Shown one piece after another: positions 63,658-64,000 of a DNA stretch of 64,000 nt (position 1 is its first letter; every line of letters begins with the position of its first letter). This DNA comes from Raillietiella orientalis (Eukaryota). The notes under the pieces were generated by a model that had not been told where the DNA came from, made no database searches, and worked only from the letters and a program-made list of their open reading frames with translations. The DNA is taken from the NCBI GenBank assembly GCA_036172245.1, contig JAYWIR010000023.1, forward strand, positions 62,001 through 126,000, written 5' to 3'. A program made the translations under genes and the position numbers.

Positions 63658-64000
63658 GTCAAATACATGTGTACGTACACCCGCCTCTGGACCGCGCTCC
63701 TTTGTGGATACGGCCAACGCGTTGTAAAAGCTGCGGCGACCTACTACGGACACTTGTACATATTCGGCGGCGAATTCGCGTATCCTACAAGTACCACCGA
63801 AAAGGCCATATGAACGGGGATAAGTGGACCTTCCAGCCGACCAGCAGCGAAGTTGATTTCTGGAAGGAGACCGAAACTCGACACGGGTCTGCCAACAAAC
63901 TGCCGCATCTCATCTTCACCGCTCATGCATTTCTTACGAACAGGCACGTGGAGATCACACAGTCAATCCTTGAACGATTACTATCACCAATGTCAAACCG
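63658..64000 (+). pseudogene. Kelch-repeat coding fragment with an apparent 1-nt frameshift (pseudogene or sequence error); runs off the window
   Basis: After cag| it reads VKYMCTYTRLWTALLCGYGQRVVKAAATYYGHLYIFGGEFAYPTSTTEK, a typical Kelch W...R...aa...LYxFGG pattern. The continuation GHMNGDKWTF is in the adjacent frame, which stays open to the window end. Confidence 0.5.

Noticed and set aside
1..64000. CRISPR arrays, operons, rRNA or prokaryotic defence systems
   Set aside because: The sequence is clearly eukaryotic with spliceosomal introns. No regularly spaced direct repeats or rRNA-like segments were seen.

Overview
Eukaryotic (animal, probably arthropod-like) genomic DNA with very short spliceosomal introns (39-80 nt) and mixed composition. 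Two genes could be rebuilt exon by exon, both on the + strand. The first is an actin-binding LIM protein, abLIM/UNC-115: four LIM domains plus a villin headpiece, with 14 exons at 41127-44922 and a probable 4-nt coding first exon 11.6 kb upstream at 29519-29522. The second is a compact, divergent UVSSA-like transcription-coupled repair gene (54330-55907, 420 aa) that keeps the VHS domain and TFIIH-binding/K414 motif but appears to lack the C-terminal zinc finger. Also present: a candidate orphan signal-anchor gene (58114-59344), a frameshifted Kelch-repeat fragment at the right edge, a mariner-derived fold-back element (4855-5788), a piggyBac 5' remnant, a probable decayed non-LTR remnant, a near-perfect 102-bp inverted repeat that looks like a recent templated inversion, two small hairpins (one pre-miRNA-like) and several microsatellites. 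Most ORFs in the supplied track in the GC-rich 18-41 kb and 45-51 kb stretches show no recognisable domain and are not called. All calls are from reading the sequence; no searches were run.
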